Shown in pieces: positions 13,393 to 26,696 of a stretch of DNA of 64,000 nt (positions within the stretch are counted from its first letter, which is position 1; each line of letters starts with the position of its first letter). The DNA is taken from the NCBI GenBank assembly GCA_951406725.2, contig OX597833.1, positions 57,598,001 through 57,662,000 on the forward strand. Reading direction: 5' to 3'. Position numbers and translations under genes: made by a program. This stretch comes from Octopus vulgaris. Lineage: Eukaryota. The notes under the pieces were generated by a model. The model saw only the letters and a list, made by a program, of their open reading frames with translations, was not told the origin of the DNA and ran no database searches.

Positions 13393-14738
13393 TTCCGGCA
13401 AACTCTGGCAATCTCTGTCAAACTCGGGCAATCTCCGGCAAACTCTACCAATCTCACTCTATCTCCGCCTATCTCAGTCTATCTCTGCCTATCTCTACGC
13501 CTATCTCACTCTATCTCACTCTCTTCCAGGTGTTTTAACACACAGCATTATTGGGAAATCTCCCAAAATGCTACGCCGACAATCTCTGTCTATCTACGGC
13601 TACCTCCGGCAATTTCCGGCAATCTTCGGCTATCTCCGACAATCTCCGGCAATCTCCAGTAAACTCCAGCAATATCCGGCAATCTCCGGTAAACTCCGTC
13701 AATCTCCGGCAATTTCCGACAAACTCCGCCAATCTCCGGCAAACTCCACCAATCTCACTGTATCTCCGCATATCTCCGCCAATGTCACTCTATCTACGCC
13801 TATTTCACTCTATCTCACTCTCTCCCAGGTGTTTTAACACCCAGCATTATTGGGAAATCTCCCAAAATGCTATTCCGCCTATCTCCATCAATCTCCGCCT
13901 ATCTTCGCCAATCTCCGCCAATCTCCGCCTATCACACTATCTCCGCTTATCTCACTCTATCTCCACCTATCTCACTCTATCTCACTTTTTCCGATGTGTT
14001 TTAACACCCAGCATTATTCGGAAATCCCCCAAAATAATATTCCGCCTATCTCCGGCAATCTCCGATAATCTCCGCCTATCTCGGCCTATCTCCGCCAATC
14101 TCCGCCTATCTCCGCCTATCGCACTCTATCTCCGCCTATCTCACTCTATCTCCGCCTATCTAACTCCATCTCACTCTGTCATTCTCCCCCAGGTGTTTTA
14201 ACACCCTATGATTGGGAAATCTCCCAAAATGCTATTCCACCAATCTCCGGCAATCTCCGGCAATCTCCGGCAATCTCCGGCTATCCCCGGCTATCTCCGG
14301 CAATCTCCGTTAAATTCCGGCAATCTCCGGCAAACTCCGGCAATCTCCGGCAATCTCTGGCAAACTCCGCCAATCTCCGGCAAACTCCGCCTATCTCCGC
14401 CAATCTCACTCTATCTACGCCTATCTCACCCTATCTCACTCTCCCAGCTGTTTTAACACCCAGCATTATTGGGAAATCTCCCAAAATGCTATTCCACCAA
14501 TCTCTGCCTATTTCCGCCAACCTACGCTAATCTCCGCCTATATTCGCCTATCTCACTCTATCTCACTCTCCCCCAGGTGATTTAACACCCTGCATATTTT
14601 GGGAAATCTCCCAAAATGCAATTCCGCCAATCTCAGGCAATCTCCAGCTATCTCCGGCTATCTCCGGAAATCTCAGACCATCTCAGGCAAACTTCGGCAA
14701 TCTCCGGCAAACTCCGCCAATCTCCGGCAAACTCCGCC
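13393..14738. repeat. Satellite of 10-bp units (GGCAATCTCC/CCTATCTCCG) with a higher-order spacer
   Basis: Spacer CCAGGTGTTTTAACACCCAGCATTATTGGGAAATCTCCCAAAATGC recurs ~6 times (about 13526, 13825, 13995, 14189, 14444, 14573). Confidence 0.92.
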
Positions 14739-15592
14739 ACTAACACTAACACTAACAGTAACACTAACCCTAACGCTAATCCTAACACTAAGCCTAACCC
14801 TAGCCCAAACCCTATACCTAACGTTAACCCTAACCCTAACACTAACCCTAACGCTAACCCTAGCCCTAACCCTAACCCAAACCCTAACCCTAACACTAAC
14901 CCTCACCCCAAACCTAACCCTAAACCTAACCCTAACTCCTAAATCCTAAACCTAACCATAACCCTCACCCTAACCCTAACCGTAACCTAACCCTAGCCCT
15001 AACCCAAACCTAACGCTAACCCTAACCCAAACCCTATCCCTAACCCTAACCCTCACCTTAACGCTAACCCTCACCCTAACCCTAATCGTAACCATTACCC
15101 TAACCCGTAACCGCTAACCCAAACCATAAAGCTAACACTAACCCTAACCCAAACCCTAACGCTACACCTAACCCTAACCCTAACCCTAACAACTAACTCC
15201 TACACCTAACCCTAACACTAATCCTAAACCTAACACTAACCCTAAACTTAACTCTAACCATCTAACAATAATCCTAACCCAAACAGTATCCCTAACCCTA
15301 ACCCTAACCCTAACCCTAACCCTAACCCTAACCCTAAAGCCTAACCCTAACCCAAACCCTAACCGTAACCCTAACCCTAACCCTAACACTAGCCCTAAAC
15401 CTAACCCACTAAACCTCACTCTAACCATAACCATAAACCTAAACCTAGCCCTAAACCTAACTCTAACCCTAACCCTAACCCTAATCCAAACCCTAACCCT
15501 AACCCTAACCCTAGCCCTAACCCTAAACCTAAACCTAACACTAAACCTAACCATAATCCTAAACTTAACGCTAACCTCTAAACCTAAACCTA
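14739..15592. repeat. Degenerate interstitial telomeric array (CCCTAA)n
   Basis: Runs of perfect CCCTAA (e.g. 15290-15335) among single-base variants (CACTAA, CGCTAA, CCCAAA, ACCTAA). Confidence 0.93.
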
Positions 15593-18500
15593 CAAACCAG
15601 CCGACCCACTGACCAACCAACCAACCAACCAGTCGATCCACGACCAACCGACCAACCAGCCAACAAGCAACCAACCGACAAACAAGCCAACCAGCTGAAC
15701 CAAGACCAACCGACAAACCAGCCAACAAGCAACCAACCGACAAACCAGCCAACCAGCTGAACCACGACAACCGACAAACTCGCAAACCAGCCGACCCACC
15801 AACAACCAACGAACCAGCCAACAAGTCGATCCACGACCAACCGACAAACCAGCCAACCAGCCGATATACGACCATCCGACAAACCAGCCAACAAGGCGAC
15901 CCACCGACCAACCGGCCAACAAGCAACCAACCGACAAACCAGCTGAACCACGACCAACCGACAAACTCGCAAACCAGCCGACCCACCACCAACCAACGAA
16001 CCAGCCGATCCACGACCAACCGACAAACCAGCCAACCAGCCGATTTACGACCATCCGACCAACCAGCCAACCAGGCGACCCACCGACCAACCAGCCAACC
16101 GGTAACCAACCGAGAAACCAGCCAACCAGCCGATTCATGACCAACCGACCAACCAGGCGATCCACCGACCAACCAGCAAACCGGTAACCAACCGACAAAC
16201 CAGCCAACCAGCCGATTCATGACCAACCAACCAACCAGCCAACTAGGCGACCCACCGACCAACCAGCCAAGCAGTAACTAACGGACAAACCAGCAACAAG
16301 CCGATCCATGATCATCCGACCAACCAGCGAACCAGGCGACCCACCGACCAACCAACCAACCAGTAACCAAAAGACAAACCAGCCAACTAGCCAATCCATG
16401 ATCAACCGACCAACCAGCCAACCAGTAACCAACAGACAAACCAGCCAACCAGCCGATCTACGACCATCCGACCAACCAGCCAACCATGCGACCCACCGAC
16501 AAACCAACCAACCAGCAACCAACCGACAAAGCAGCCAACCAGCTGATACATGACCAACCGACCAACCAGCCAACCAGGCGAGCCACCGACCAACCAACCA
16601 ACCAGCAACCAACTGACAGACCAGCCAACCAGCCGATCCATGAACAACCGACCAACCAGCCAACCAGGAAACCAACCGACAAACCAGCCAACCAGCCGAT
16701 ATACGATAATCCGACTATCCAGTCAACCAGGCGACCCACCGACCAACCAGCCAACCGGTAACCAACCGACAAACCAGCCAACAAGCCGATTCATGACCAA
16801 CCGACCAACCAGGCGATCCACCGACCAACCAGCAAACCGGTAACCAACCGACAAACCAGCCAACCAGCCGATTCATGATCAACCGACCAACCAGCCAATT
16901 AGGCGACCCACCGACAAACCAGCCAACCAGTAACCAACAGACAAACCAGCCAACTAGCCGATCCATGATCAACCGACCAACCACCCAACCAGTAACCAAC
17001 AGACAAACCAGCCAACCAGCCGATTCATGACCATCCGACAAACCAGCAAACAAGGCCACCCACCGACCAACCAGCAAACCAGTAACCAACAGACAAACCA
17101 GCCATGACTAACCGATCTACGACCATCCGATCAACCAGCTAACCAGGAGACCCACCGACCAACCAGCCAACCAGTAACCAACAGACAAACCAGCCAACCA
17201 GCCGATTCATGACCATCCGACAAACCAGCCAACCAACCAACCGACCAACCAGCCAACCAGCAACCAACTGACAAAGAAGCCAACCAGATGATTCATGACC
17301 ATCCGACAAACCAGCCAACCAGGCGACCCACCGACCAACCAGCCAACCAGTAACCAACAGACAAACCAGCCAACCAGCCGATTCATGACCATCCGACAAA
17401 CCAGCCAACCAGGCGACCAACCGACCAACCAGCCAACCAGTAACCAACAGACAAAACAGCCATGACTAACCGATCCACGACCAACCGACCAACCAGCCAA
17501 CCAGCAACCAACAGACAAACCAGCCAACCAGCCGATTAATGACCATCCGACCAACCAGCCAACCAGCAACCAACAGACAAACCAGCCAACCAGCCGATTA
17601 ATGACCATCCGACAAACCAGTCAACCAGTAACCAAAAGACAAACCAGCAAACCAGGCGACCAACCGACGAACCAGCAAAACAGCAACCAACAGACAAACC
17701 AGCCAACCAGCCGATTCATGACCATCCGACAAACCAGCCAACCAGGCGACCAACTGACTAACCAGCCAACCAGAAACCAACAGACAAACCAGCCAACCAG
17801 CCGTTTCATGACCATCTGACAAATCAGCCAACCAGGCGACCAACCGACCAACCAGCCAACCAGTAACCAACAGACAAACCAGACAACCAGGCGACCAACC
17901 GACCAACCAGCCAACAAGCAACCAACAGACAAACCAGCCAACCAGCCAATTCATGACCATCCGACAAACCAGCCAACCAGGCGACCAACCGACCAACCAG
18001 TCAACCAGAAACAAACAGACAAACCAGCCATGACTAACCGATCCGCGACCAACCGACACACCAGCCAACCAGCAACCAACAGACAAACCAGCCAACCAGC
18101 CGATTCATGACCATCCGACAAACCAGCCAACCAGGCGACCAACCGACCAACCAGCCAACCAGTAACCAACAGACAAACCAGCCAACCAGCCGATTCATGA
18201 CCATCCGACAAACCAGCCAACCAGTAACCAACAGACAAATCAGCCAACCAGCCGATTCATGACCATCCGACAAACCAGCCAACCAGGTGACCAACCGACC
18301 AACCAGCCAACCAGCAACCAACAGACAAACCAGCCAACCAGCCGATTCATGACCATCCGACAAACCAGCCAACCAGGCGACCCACCGACCAACCAGCCAA
18401 CCAGTAACCAACCAACAAACCAGCAAACCAGCCGATTCATGACCATCCGACAAACCAGCCAACCAGGCGACCAACTGACTAACCAGCCAACCAGAAACCA

Positions 18501-21500
18501 ACAGACAAACCAGCCAACCAGCAACCAACAGACAAACCAGCCAACCAGCCGACAAACCAGCCAACCAGGCGACCAACCGACCAAACAGCCAACCAGTAAC
18601 CAACAGACAAACCAGCCATGACTAACCGATCCACGACCAACCGACCAACCAGCCAACCAGCAACCAACAGACAAACCAGCCAACCAGCCGATTCATGACC
18701 ATCCGACAAACCAGCCAACCAGTAACAAAAAGACAAACCAGCCAACTAGTAACCAACAGACAAACCAGCCAACCAGCCGATTCATGACCATCCGACAAAC
18801 TAGCCAACCAAACGACCAACCGACCAACCAGCCAACCAGCAACCAACCGACAAACCAGCAACCAACCTATCCACGACCAACCGACAAACCAGCCAACCAG
18901 GTGACCAACCGACCAACCAGCCAGCCAGTAACCAACCGACAAACCAGCCAACCAGCCGATCCACGACCAACCGACCAACCAGCCAACCAGCAACCAACCG
19001 ACAAACCAGCCAACCAGCCGATTAATGACCATCCGACAAACCAGCCAACCAGTAACCAAAAGACTAACCGATCCACGACCAACCGACCAACCAGCCAACC
19101 AGCAACCAACAGACAAACCAGCCAACCAGCCGACAAACCAGCCAACCAGGCGACCAACCGACCAACCAGCCAACCAGTAACCAACAGACAAACCAGCCAT
19201 GACTAACCGATCCACGACCAACCGACCAACCAGCCAACCAGCAACCAACAGACAAACCAGCCAACCAGCCGATTCATGACCATCCGACAAACCAGCCAAC
19301 TAGTAACCAACCGACAAACCAGCCAACCAGCCGATTCATGACCATCCGACAAACCAGCCAACCAGTAACCAAAAGACAAACCAGCCAACCAGTAACCAAC
19401 AGACAAACCAGCCAACCAGCCGATTCATGACCATCCGACAAACCAGCCAACCAGGCACCCAACCGACCAACCAGCCAACCAGTAACCAACAGACAAACCA
19501 GCCAACCAGCCGATTCATGACCATCCGACAAACCAGCCAACCAGGCGACCAATCGACCAACCAGCCAAATAGTAACCAACAGACAAACCAGCCATGACTA
19601 ACCGATTCACGACCAGCCAACAAACCAGCCAACCAGCAACCAACAGACAAACCAGCCAACCAGCCGATTCATGACCACCGACCAACCAGCCAACCAGGCG
19701 ACCAACCGACCAACCAGCCAACCAGTAACCAACAGACAAACCAACCATGACTAACCGATCCACGACCAACCGACCAACCAGCCAACCAGCAACCAACATA
19801 CAAACCAGCCAACCAGCCGATTCATGACCATCCGACAAACCAGCCAACCAGTAACCAAAAGACAAACCAGCCAACCAGTAACCAACAGACAAACCAGCCA
19901 ACCAGCCGATTCATGACCATCCGACAAACCAGCCAACCAGGGGACCAACCGACCAACCAGCCAACCAGTAACCAACAGACAAACCAGCCATGACTAACCG
20001 ATCCACGACCAACCGACCAACCAGCCAACCAGCAAGCAACAGACAAACCAGCCAACCAGCCGATTCATGACCATCCGACAAACCAGCCAACCAGTAACCA
20101 ACAGACAAACCAGCCAACCAGCCGATTCATGACCATCCGACAAACCAGCCAACCAGTAACCAAAAGACAAACAAGCCAACCAGTAACCAACAGACAAACC
20201 AGCCAACCAATCAGCCAACCAGCAACCAACCAACAAACCAGTCATGAACAATCGATCCACTACCAACCGACAAACCAGCCAACCAGGTGACCCACAGCCA
20301 ACCAGCCAGCCAACCAGGCACCCATCCGACCAACCAGCCAACCAGTAACCAACAGACAAACCAGCCAACCAGCCGATAGATGACCATCCGACAAACCAGC
20401 CAACCAGGCGACCAATCTACCAACCAGCCAACCAGTAACCAACAGACAAACCAGCCATGACTAACCGATCCACGACCAGCCAACAAACCAGCCAACCAGC
20501 AACCAACAGACAAACCAGCCAACCAGCCGATTCATGACCATCCGACAAACCAGCCAACCAGTAACCAAAAGACAAACCAGTCAACCAGTAACCAACAGAC
20601 AAACCAGCCAACCAGCCGATTCATGACCATCCGACAAACCAGCCAACCAGGCGACCAACCGACCAACCAGCCAACCAGTAACCAACAGACAAACCAGCCA
20701 TGACTAACCGATCCACGACCAACCGACCAACCAGCCAACCACCAACCAACAGACAAACCAGCCAACCAGCTGATTCATGACCATCCGACAAACCAGCGAA
20801 CCAGGCGACCAACCGACCAACCAGCCAACCAGTAACCAACAGACAAACCAGCCATGACTAACCGATCCACGACCAGCCAACAAACCAGCCAACCAGCAAC
20901 CAACAGACAAACCAGCCAACCAGCCAATTCATGACCATCCGACAAACCAGTCAACCAGGCGACCAACCGACCAACCAGCCAACTAGTAACCAACAGACAA
21001 ACCAGCCAACCAGCCGATTCATGACCATCCGACAAACCAGCCAACCAGTAACCAACAGACAAACCAGCCAACCAGCCGATTCATGACCATCCGACAAACC
21101 AGCCAACCAGTAACCAACAGACAAACCAGCCAACCAGCCGATTCATGACCATCCGACAAACCAGCCAACTAGGCGACCCACCGACAAACCAGCCAACCAG
21201 TAACCAACAGACAAACCAGCCAACCAGCCGATTACGACCATCCGACAAACCAGCCAACCAGGCGACCAACCGATCAACCAGCCAACTAGTAACCAACAGA
21301 CAAACCAGCCAACCAGCCGATTATGACCATCCGACAAACCAGCCAACTAGGCGACCCACCGACCAACCAGCCAACCAGCAACCAACCAAACCAGCCACCA
21401 TCCGACAAACCAGCCAACCAGGCGACCCACCGACCAACCAGCCAACCAGTAACCAACCGACAAACCAGCCAACCAGCCGATTATGACCATCCGACAAACC

Positions 21501-24255
21501 AGCCAACCAGGCGAACCACCGACCAACCAGCCAACCAGTAACCAACCTGACAAACCAGCCAACCAGCCGATTATGACCATCCGACAAACCAGCCAACAAG
21601 GCGACCCACCGAACAACCAGCCAACCAGCAACCAACTGACAAACCAGCCAACCAGCCGATTCATGACCATCCGACAAACCAGCCAACCAGGCGACCCACC
21701 GACCAACCAGCCAACCAGCAACCAACCGATTAACCAGTCATGACCAACCGATCCACAACCATCCGACAAACCAGCCAACCAGGCGACCTACCGACCAACC
21801 AGCCAACCAGCAACCAACCGAGAAACCAGACATGACCAACCGATCCACAACCATCCGACAAACCAGCCAACCAGGCGACCCACCGACAAACCAGCCAACC
21901 AGCAACCAACCGACAAACCAGCCAACCAGCCGATTATGACCATCCGACAAACCAGCCAACCAACCGACCAACCGACCAACCAGCCAACCAGCAACCCACT
22001 GACAAATAAGACATGACCAACCGATCCACGACCATCCGACAAACCAGCCAACCAGGCGACCCACCGACCAACCAGCCAACCAGCAACCATCTGACAAACC
22101 AGCCAACCAGCCGATTATGACCATCCGACAAACCAGCCAACCAGGCGACCAACCGACCAACCAGCCAACCAGCAACCAACCAACAAACCAGACATGACCA
22201 ACCGATCCACGACCAACCGACAAACCAGCCAACCAGGCGACCCACCGACAAACCAGCCAACCAGCAACCAACTGACAAACCAGCCAACCAGCCGATTATG
22301 ACCATCCGACAAACCAGCCAACCAACCGACCAACCGACCAACCAGCCAACCAGGCAACCCAACCGACAAACCAGACATGACCAACCGATCCACGACCATC
22401 CGACAAACCAGCCAACCAGGCGACCCACCGACCAACCAGCCAACCAGCAACCATCTGACAAACCAGCCAACCAGCCGATTATGACCATCCGACAAACCAG
22501 CCAACCAGGCGACCAACCGACCAACCAGCCAACCAGCAACCCACTGACAAATCAGACATGACCAACCGATCCACGACCATCCGACAAACCAGCCAACCAG
22601 GCGACCCACCGACCAACCAGCCAACCAGCAACCAACTGACAAACCAGCCAACCAGCCGATTCATGACCATCCGACAAACCAGCCAACCAGGCGACCAACC
22701 GACCAACCAGCCAACCAGCAACCCACTGACAACCAACCGATCCACGACCATCCGACAAACCAGCCAACCAGGCGACCCACCGACCAACCAGCCAACCAGC
22801 AACCAACCGACAAACCAGCCAACCAGCCGATTATGACCATCCGACAAACCAGCCAACCAGGCGACCAACCGACCAACCAGCCAACCAGCAACCCAACTGA
22901 CAAATCAGACATGACCAACCGATCCACGACCATCCGACAAACCAGCCAACCAGGCGACCCACCGACCAACCAGCCAACTAGCAACCAACTGACAAACCAG
23001 CCAACCAGCCGATTATGACCATCCGACAAACCAGCCAACCAGGCGACCAACCGACCAACCAGCCAACCAGCAACCCACTGACAAATCAGACATGACCAAC
23101 CGATCCACGACCATCCGACAAACCAGCCAACCAGGCGACCCACCGACCAACCAGCCAACCAGCAACCAACTGACAAACCAGCCAACCAGCCGATTCATGA
23201 CCATCCGACAAACCAGCCAACCAGGCGACCAACCGACCAACCAGCCAACCAGCAACCCACTGACAAATCAGACAAGACCAACCGATCCACGACCATCCGA
23301 CAAACCAGCCAACCAGGTGACCCACCGACCAACCAGCCAACCAGTAACCAACCAACAAACCAGCCAACCAGCCGATCGACGACCACCCGACAAACCAGCC
23401 AACCAGGCGACCAACCGACCAACCAGCCAACCAGCAACCCACTGACAAATCAGACATGACCAACCGATCCACGACCATCCGACAAACCAGCCAACCAGGT
23501 GACCCACCGACCAACCAGCCAACCAGTAACCAACTGACAAACCAGCCAACCAGCCGATTATGACCATCCGACAAACCAGCCAACCAGGCGACCACCGACC
23601 AACCAGCCAACCAGCAACCAACTGACAAACCAGCCAACCAGCCGATCCACGACCATCCGACAAACCAGCCAACCAGGTGACCCACCGACCAACCAGCCAA
23701 CCAACTGACAAACCAGCCAACCAGCCGATTATGACCATCCGACAAACCAGCCAACCAGGCGACCCACCGACCAACCAGCCAACCAGCAACCAACTGACAA
23801 ACCAGCCAACCAGCCGATTATGACCATCCGACAAACCAGCCAACCAGGCGACCCACCGACCAACCAGCCAACCAGTAACCAACAGACAAACCAGCCAACC
23901 AGCCGATCCGATCTGTGACCAACAGACAAAGCAGCCAACCAGGTGACCCACCGACCAACCAGCCAACCAGCAACCCACTGAAAAACCAGCCAACCAGCCG
24001 ATCCACGACCAACCGACAAACCAGCCAACCAGGTGACCAACCGACCAACCAGCCAACCAGTAACCAACAGACAAACCAGCCAACCAGCCGTTTCATGACC
24101 ATCCGACAAACCAGCCAACCAGGTTACCCACCGACCAACCAGCCAACCAGCAATCAAATCAGACATGACCAACCGATCCACGACCATCCGACAAACCACC
24201 CAGCCAGCTGACCCACCGAATCGTCAACCTACCGACCAACCAGCCAACCAGCCAG
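15593..24255. repeat. ~8.7-kb C/A-rich satellite of 28-34-bp subunits in 62/90-bp higher-order units
   Basis: Core ACCAACCGACAAACCAGCCAACCAG; ATTCATGACC recurs at 90-bp (17291/17381) and 62-bp spacing; top strand strongly T-poor. Confidence 0.95.
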
Positions 24256-24367
24256 CACTTCTTTTGGCTGTTATTTTTATATAAACGTCACTGTATAAAA
24301 GATGGTTTGGTCACGACCGGATGTTTCGATTATAGACATGTTCGATTAGGCTTTCGTGAGGGCTGGA

Positions 24368-24440
24368 CAACAACAACAGCGGCAACAGCAGCAACAACAA
24401 CAACAACAACAACAACAATAACAACAACAACAACAACATT

Positions 24441-24478
<38 letters not shown>

Positions 24479-24479
24479 A
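24368..24479. repeat. (CAA)n microsatellite
   Basis: Direct reading. Confidence 0.95.
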
Positions 24480-24635
24480 TTCCATTTCATACGACTGATT
24501 TTCTCTAGAATTAGGAACCCGGCGTTGTTTGCGTGAGTATGGCAGAGGCATTTTGAAATAGCAAGCAACATGTCGGGAAGAAGGAGAGTTTCCACTTAGA
24601 TTTTAATACGGGATCTTTCGTAAACCTCAATCTCT

Positions 24636-24673
24636 GGGGCTGGGGTCGGGGGGTGGGGTGGGGTGGGGTGGGG
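24636..24673 (+). other. Potential G-quadruplex
   Basis: Seven G4+ tracts with 1-2-nt loops: GGGGCTGGGGTCGGGGGGTGGGGTGGGGTGGGGTGGGG. Confidence 0.6.
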
Positions 24674-24729
24674 AACGATATTGCTGACATGTCTTCTCTT
24701 TTACCTTCGGCAATACAATGAAGGCTTTT

Positions 24730-25690
24730 GTTGTTGATGTTGGTGGTGGTGGTGGTGGTGTTGTTTGAGATAGTAGTGGTGGTGATGGTGGTGGCAATGG
24801 TTGTAGTTGTGGTGGTGGTCATGGTAGTGGTGGTAGTAGTGTTGGTGGTGGTGGTGGTTGAGTAGTGTGGTGGTGGTGGTGGTGTGGTGGTGGTGTTTGA
24901 GTAGTAGTGGTGGTGGTGGTGGTGGTGGTGTTTGAGATAGTAGTGGTGATGGTGGTGGCAATGGTTGTAGTTGTGGTGGTGGTCATGGTAGTGGTGGTAG
25001 TAGTGCTGGTGGTGGTGGTGTTTGAGATAGTAGTGGTGATGGTGGTGGCAATGGTTGTAGTTGTGGTGGTGGTCATGGTAGTGGTGGTACTAGTGTTGGT
25101 GGTGGTGGTAGTGGTGTTTGAGATAGTAGTGGTGATGGAGGTAGTAATGGTTGTAGTTTTGGTGGTGGTCATGGTAGTGGTGGTAGTAGTGTTGGTGGTG
25201 GTGGTAGTGGTGTTTGAGATAGTAGTGGTGATGGAGGTAGTAATGGTTGTAGTTTTGGTGGTGGTCATGGTAGTGGTGGTAGTGGTGTTTGAGATAGTAG
25301 TGGTGATGGAGGTAGTAATGGTTGTAGTTTTGGTGGTGGTCATGGTAGTGGTGGTAGTAGTGTTGGTGGTGGTGGTAGTGGTGTTTGAGATAGTAGTGGT
25401 GATGGAGGTAGTAATGGTTGTAGTTTTGGTGGTGGTCATGGTAGTGGTGGTAGTAGTGTTGGTGGTGGTGGTGTTTGAGATAGTAGTGGTGATGGTGGTG
25501 GCAATGGTTGTAGTTGTGGTGGTGGTCATGGTAGTGGTGGTAGTAGTGCTGGTGGTGGTGGTGGTGGTGTTTGAGATAGTAGTGGTGATGGTGGTGGCAA
25601 TGGTTGTAGTTGTGGTGGTGGTCATGACAGTGGTTGTATTAGTGCTGGTGGTGGTAATGGTTGTGGTGGCGGTCATGGTTTTGCTGGTGG
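24730..25690. repeat. GTG-rich ~90-96-bp minisatellite
   Basis: Unit TTTGAGATAGTAGTGGTGATGG...GGTCATGGTAGTGGTGG repeated ~9 times. Confidence 0.93.
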
Positions 25691-25935
25691 TGTCTGTGTT
25701 TACCTCCGACGTCTGCCCAATCCAAAGAATTCTTTATTTGCAGTCATTTCTCCGTTCTTTTTCTTCATTTTTTTCTTTCTTTCATTTTCAGACACATTGC
25801 CTCTGAGATATAACGAAGATTCGATTCATATCGAAGTCAATTTTAATATTGAATTTACAAGGGCCCAAATCAGCGGTTCCCAACAGTAGTTAATTTGACA
25901 GTTGGAGGTCCACGTAAGATTGCTTTAAAATCTAT

Positions 25936-26161
25936 CTATTTCTTTACTACCCACAAGGGGCTAAACACACAGAGGACAAACAAGGACAGACAAACGGAAT
26001 TAAGTCGATTATATCGATCCCAGTACGTAACTGGTACTTTATTTATCGACCCCGAAAGGATGAAAGGCAAAGTCGACCTCAGCGGAATTTGAACTCAGAA
26101 CGTAACCGCAGACGAAATACCATTAAGCATTTCGCCCGGCGTGCTAACGTTTCTACAAGCT
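25936..26161 (-). mobile_element. SINE B
   Basis: ATTTCTTTACTACCCACAAGGGGCTAAACAC...GGCGTGCTAACGTTTCT. Confidence 0.88.
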
Positions 26162-26162
26162 C

Positions 26163-26340
26163 TTCATCAAAATTCTTTTAAAGTTTTTTTTTTAATTTTC
26201 ATCAAAATTTTATAAGTCTTTTGAAAATTTTCATCAAAATTTTTCAAAAGTTTTTTGGAAATTTTCGTCAAAATTTTTGAAAAGTTTTTTTGAAAATTTT
26301 CATCAAAATTTCTGAAAATTATTCTAAATATTTTCATCAG
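26163..26340. repeat. Second block of the AT-rich ~33-bp minisatellite
   Basis: Same unit and orientation as 13112-13392. Confidence 0.85.
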
Positions 26341-26449
26341 TTGATCATGAAATACTGCATATTTAGTTTATAAGGAATATTTGTTCTCCGGATAGTTATC
26401 CAACAAATACATACACGCACACACACACACATACATATCTATATTTTTC

Positions 26450-26539
<90 letters not shown>

Positions 26540-26605
26540 AGTCTCTCTGTCTGTCTGTCTATGTGTTCGTCCGTCCGTCAGTCTGTCTGTCTATTGGCCC
26601 GTTCG

Positions 26606-26695
<90 letters not shown>

Positions 26696-26696
<1 letters not shown>

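Noticed and set aside
13393-14738. CRISPR-like repeat-spacer appearance
   Set aside because: Intervening sequence is repetitive decamer of variable length, no cas genes, eukaryotic context
15186-24211. Many W/L/V/G-rich and Q/P/T/N-rich ORFs
   Set aside because: Translations of the satellite; frames shift constantly
24819-25676. 285-aa Thr-rich mucin-like ORF (and the Val-rich antisense ORF)
   Set aside because: Open only because the minisatellite unit is a multiple of 3; no signal peptide, unique domain or evident splice context
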